DNA of 64,000 bases. It comes from Nitrospinales bacterium. Lineage in GTDB: Bacteria > Nitrospinota > Nitrospinia > Nitrospinales > VA-1. Shown here in pieces: positions 60,301-64,000 of the stretch. The stretch is from the NCBI GenBank assembly GCA_965262115.1, contig OZ253496.1, forward strand, positions 2,620,265 through 2,684,264, written 5' to 3'. The notes below the pieces were generated by a model. The model was not told the origin of the DNA and ran no database searches. It was given only the letters and a program-made list of their open reading frames with translations. The translations under genes and the position numbers were made by a program. The first letter of the stretch is position 1, and every line of letters starts with the position of its first letter.

Positions 60301-60614
60301 CGTTCCAGTTGTGAGGCATTGATCAGGGAATTGTTCAGTTCCGGGTATTTCGTTTCGGCCAGAAGCGCGGCCTGGTCCCGGTTTATTCTGGTAAACCTGT
60401 GGGTGATAGTGAGACCCCAACCCAGTAAAACTATGACCAGCCCGGACCACCCGTAACTCAATAACGAGGAATGAAAATAAGAATTCAGGCCGACTGCCAG
60501 AATGCACCCGGCTAAAACGGTTAAAACAAAATAGGCGATCTGAATGGCAAGAACCCGGTTCCATTTGGCCTGAACCCGGTCGAGAAAGTGGTGGATTTTT
60601 GAATAGGATTCCAT
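57345..60614 (-). CDS. Large membrane-anchored coiled-coil protein (DUF4175-like)
   Basis: N-terminal TMs, PAYT, Ig-like region, AHDDFGI and EVKDND motifs, long Gln/Glu coiled coil, terminal EYYKEL. Confidence 0.75.
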   Translation of the reverse strand: MESYSKIHHFLDRVQAKWNRVLAIQIAYFVLTVLAGCILAVGLNSYFHSSLLSYGWSGLVIVLLGWGLTITHRFTRINRDQAALLAETKYPELNNSLINASQLERHLADHKGSLFSLSFIREQLQRTQSEIQKLDPDSVVSGQKAVPARNVFLVTLFVLVATTALLPDFWKQVSSDPQELVQTQALEIQNQEVSIPAGNRTDYQINNLTLTLEFPAYTQLKKQTLLEGSVKALPGTEVKINGNSNLPVDDAELVMNNRDHFLMDVSGLKNLKGSFIVREKGHYQFKVKPPGEKKLLLAEKYSIELEQDKSPQVILFPVNPKPVYYETDNVQMFYEAHDDFGIRQIDLIARIHETTLTKRIKRFKQPEKDSTGNFTWSLALEALQPGDEVQYFLEVKDNDNVTEPNTGQSEIYRFIIFDSRKEQENLVRLQEELSEKMIALLANGLVEGEVLKTTITDPLYGKKLLASHADALIDIIGLAQRIKDQAKDFDYFPRPYLTLLDSIISGLTTLREEQIDIINKIQGTILKPTPVSINMASVENLNGRMVTHLEQDILYLIKMTNRQKMDQVMDLENQLARLTEALQEEFENIRDKKSSLTSNQLRSRLNEIQQTLQKMMDKLSRQNQSAPDEFLNSKASLEKIKDLARQGKMDEAIELLKKVAEDLRVLANQLDQAKSSMDSLVDNQIMEQINESVMKLESLEKKQKEVIENTSEINQKLRANQARQFDFLIKSFFDELKKDVTAIQNLLEEDSTYLDEHKAMIKTRELMQEEAKIRQKLKSLNQKTIDSSLNEDLGDNFKALNETRRQLSKSVIELDNLRTRGFQEFKENLPQIKKKYETLKELTELNDLNEFNALFKNTYPEIFRWQGSMRTNRNQREDIGDRLNQDLKEVTRLNAEISKKLGSLKRSIEKSSQSLLTDKDKNKLNQLSKQEQGMSQQAKEMKDLFNKMNQENPLLPPALSRNMGDAQRNLKKAQERLKAQQVQRSMDSENRALKFLHETRELLNEIKNSGNQMANQGKQETPLRLGTGNRRDSRRGGSVRMQKEKVLLPSEDQYKVPSAFREDILDAMKKQTPKNYERLVNEYYKELVQ

Positions 60615-60853
60615 AAGTCATTGGGAATAATTCAACACCTATCTATTTTATTACAGCCCGGCTGTGAATCCCAATGAATAAACCGGTTTGGGCGCAAGAC
60701 CTATTTTTTTAAAGCATTTATAAACAAATACTAATGATGGGATCGGTTTCGCTAATACGGGAAAAATGGATAAAAAGGTATACAAGTGTTAGAATTCTTT
60801 GTTTGCCCCGTTTCTTAAAATAATGTCCTCTTATTCAATTAAAGGGCTGAAAT

Positions 60854-62688
60854 ATGAAAATCTCGCAAATACTGGATAAGATTTACGAGAACCAGTTGTT
60901 CGTTCCTGCTTTTCAGCGGGAATATGTTTGGAAACGAAACGATGCCAAGCGACTGTTGGATTCGCTGATCAAGGATTACCCCACTGGAACTATGCTGACT
61001 TGGGACACCAATCATCCTCCTGAGTTTAAAGGTGAAATCCAGTACCGGTCAGAGATGGGCACGGTAAAGGTTATTTTGGACGGTCAACAACGGATCACTA
61101 CTCTTTATATGATAATCCGAGGGGCTTTTCCTCCTTACTATAAAGCGGAGGAAATTACCCACGATACTCGAAGTCTTCACGTTAACGTTGAAACACTAGA
61201 GCTTTCCTATTATCAAAAAAAGCTGATGGAGAATAACCCTCTATGGGTAAAAATGATTGATATTTTCAAGAAGAATATCAGATTAAAAGACATTATTCGA
61301 ACGTTAGAAGATATGGGCCAAGAAGTTTCCCGTGATAAAGATGATTTGATTGATGACAATTTGAATGCGATAGCTCGAATAATGGATAGAGATTTTCCTG
61401 AGCAGTCTGTTCCGGTAAAAGCTACTATTAAGGAGGCGATTGACATCTTCTATATTGTCAATGCCAGCGGAGTCAACCTTACGGATGCAGAACTAGCACT
61501 TGCGCAAATTTGCGGATATTGGCCTAAAGCAAGAGAGGAGTTGAAGAAAAAACTTTTTGAATTGGAGAAGGAGGGGTTTGTATTCAAGCTGGATTTTCTG
61601 GTCTATGTTCTATTGGGGATACTTTACAACATGGGATCGGAAATGAGCAAACTCCATACCCCAGATAACAAGGAACGCATAAAGGAAGCTTGGGAAAGGT
61701 TGTCAGGTGAAACCTTGGACTATGCCATGAATATCATGCGTTCGACGGCATTTATTGATCATACGAAGGAGATCAATTCGGTCTATGCCTTGGTGCCCAT
61801 CATCGTTTATGTTTATAGAAAAAAAGGGGAACCTCTCGCTGAAATGGAGATTAAGAAGGCCATCAAGTGGTTCTACTATTCCCAAATTCGTCAGAGATAC
61901 GTGAGCCAGATGCCACAGAAGCTTGATAAAGATATTGGTATTGTTTTACCCAGTCAGAAAATCCGTTTGATGAGCTTTTGAGTATTATCAAGGCAGAAAG
62001 GCCTTTGGAGATTTCCAAAGATGAGTTTATTGGCGTAGATATACGAAACGCTCTATATGGGTTGATGAGGTGGTACTTTAAAAGTAAGGGTGCGGTTTGC
62101 CTGAGCACTGGGATCACCATCAGGCAGAATCTGGGGAAAAGATACGCTTTGGAGCAGGATCATATATTCCCATATTCACTATTGAGTAAAAAAGGGTACA
62201 ACAAAAATAATAGACAAAAATATGCTTTGGCTCAGGAAATTACCAATCGGGCGGTGCTAAGCCAGACAGGAAATATAAATAAATTAGCTTCTCCTGCAGA
62301 GGATTACCTTGCAGAGGTGAGTGAAAAATTTCCCAAGGCCATCAGACTGCAAAGCATCCCAAGTGACAGAGAGCTCTGGAAGATTGAAAATTATGAAAAG
62401 TTTTTAGAAGCCCGCCGTCAAATGCTCGCAGGAGAATTGAACAACTTTCTAAATGGCCTTGTCGATTCGGTGGATACTAGCATAGAAACCTCCTTGGAAG
62501 AGTTGATCGCCGAAGGGGAAAGTAGCGATCTGGAATTTAAATCTTCTCTTAGATGGGATTTAAAAGAAAATCGGGCAGATAAAAAAATTGGAGGGATCGC
62601 TTTGAAGGCGATTGCCGCCTTGAGCAATGGAGAGGGCGGAACCCTGTTGATAGGTGTTAATGATGAGGGAAAGATTCTGGGGTTGGAC
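60854..62688 (+). pseudogene. GmrSD-like (DUF262 plus HNH-type domain) nuclease fused to a Schlafen/AlbA_2 domain; frameshifted and IS-truncated
   Basis: PAFQREYVW, DGQQRIT, F..VNASG (DUF262); frameshift near 61945; LEQDHIFP..NRAVLS..N (HNH-like); LIAEGESSDLEFKSS..N.EGGTLLIGVND (AlbA_2), cut by the IS at 62689. Confidence 0.85.
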
Positions 62689-63978
62689 TGAACTTCCCCT
62701 GTTTTAGTGGACAGTTAGTTAAGAGGCATAGGCCTGTTTCTCGAATTCGGCAGGGCTGAGATAGCCGAGATATTAGTGACGGCGTTGCCGATTATAAAAC
62801 ACTTCGATATATTCAAAAATATCCTTCTTTGCTTGCTGACGGGTTTTGTAGTTCCGGTTATGAATGAGTTCCACTTTGAGAGTATGGAAAAAACTCTCCG
62901 CCACGGCGTTATCCCAGCAATCGCCCTTCCGGCTCATACTGCACTCTATCCCATGAACATTGAGCAAGGCTTGAAAATCGTTGCAGGCATATTGAACCCC
63001 CCGGTCAGAATGGTGAATCAATCCCGGTTTCATGCCGCCGTTCTTCATTGCCATATTTAAAGCTCTCATTACCAACCAACGGGTTATCCAACGATCCATG
63101 GCCCAACCAATAACTTTACGGTGGAATAAATCCAGCGTCACCGCAAGGTATAACCAGCCCTCTTGAGTCGGGATATAGGTGATATCCGAAACCCAGCATT
63201 GACCGGGCTCAGCAACATTAAACCGCCGTTGCAGTTTGTTTTTTGCCACCGGGTGATTATGTTTGGAATCGGTTGTCACCCTAAACTTTCTTTTGTGCTT
63301 GGCAACGATTCCATGCTAGCGCATAAGACGGGCAATACGATGCCTGCCAATGGCATATCCCTTGTCTTTCAAGTCCTCATGAATTCTGGGACTGCCATAA
63401 GTCTGGCGACTCTTCTTATAAACGGTTTTGATCTCATCAACCCATCGCTGCTTCTCACGGCTCCTCAGGCTCTCGGGGCGGCTCAGCCAGGCATAGAACC
63501 CACTTCGTCCCACTTCCAGAACCCGGCACATCGGGCTTACCGGAAATGCTTCTCGATGATCCCGTATAAACCGATATCTCATTGGGAACCCTTCGAGTAC
63601 CCCTTCGGGGCATGAAGACAAATGAAGAGGACATCACAAAGATAACTGCCGCCTTTTTTAATATGTCCCGCTCCATACGAAGGCGAGCGTTTTCTCGCCG
63701 CAACTGCTGCAACTCATCTCCCGGCTTAAGCTGTCCTTTGCCGGGAAACGCATTCCCCTGATCCTCCTCATACTCCTGTTTCCAGCGACCCAGAAGGGCA
63801 GAACGGATTCCCAGATCCCGGGACACCCGGGCAATGCTATCGCCTACTTCAATAACCAATCGAACCGCTTCTAACTTGAATTCTTTACTGAAACTCCTGC
63901 GTTTGGTTCCCATAAAAACACCTCCAAAAGTGTATTATCCACACTTTTCGATGTGTCCACCAATTCAGGGGAAGATCA
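62689..63978 (-). mobile_element. IS3-family insertion sequence (1290 bp), inactivated
   Basis: TG...CA ends with ~25-bp imperfect IRs. OrfA SKEFKLEAV HTH from 63913, A6G slippery site near 63655. Orf[25 protein letters not shown] (DDE) with premature stops at 63316 and 62773. No clear target duplication. Confidence 0.96.
63597..63637 (+). repeat. 41-bp hairpin micro-repeat, copy 3 of 3, inserted in the IS orfA/orfB junction
   Basis: GTACCCCTTCGGGGCATGAAGACAAATGAAGAGGACATCAC. Removing it restores the orfA end (IFSKGSQ*) and the -1 fusion frame. Confidence 0.8.
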
Positions 63979-64000
63979 GGAACAACTTTATTTACAAGCG

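Overview
A moderately GC chromosomal window, most consistent with a Nitrospinota (Nitrospina-like) chemolithoautotroph. This is inferred from a For/Por-type 2-oxoacid:ferredoxin oxidoreductase cluster next to sucCD (reductive TCA cycle) and the overall gene set. The backbone is housekeeping: amtB, lpxL-acpS-tsaC-purE, cinA, ribD-ribE-ribBA-ribH-nusB, amidase-der, an EF-G paralogue-ihfA-merR, an ntrY-like kinase, mutS-HIT-ybeY-phoH-folE-queD, ndk, the oxidoreductase genes, sucCD and a MoxR operon. Superimposed on it is extensive gene decay. Flagellar relics are scattered (flhF, fliA, motB and fliD fragments; only flhG is intact). A type II-C CRISPR-Cas9 locus is broken (internally deleted and frameshifted cas9, frameshifted cas2, 3 repeats, and a tracrRNA-like RNA that pairs poorly with the resident repeat) and is flanked by a higBA toxin-antitoxin pair. 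A Cyc2-like cytochrome-porin gene and a GmrSD-Schlafen(AlbA_2) fusion gene are each cut by the same IS3-family element, and several other genes carry nonsense or frameshift lesions. The least expected signal is a set of four small mobile DNA families not shown in the ORF track. These are an 83-bp mini-IS3 with perfect TIRs and a target duplication, a ~75-bp repeat in three copies at gene ends, a ~40-bp hairpin repeat in three copies (one inserted into the IS3 frameshift region), and a 129-bp palindromic element inserted in frame into a signal peptide. There is also an exact 65-bp copy of the ntrY coding region that forms the 3' end of higA. All family assignments are by motif recognition only; no searches were run.
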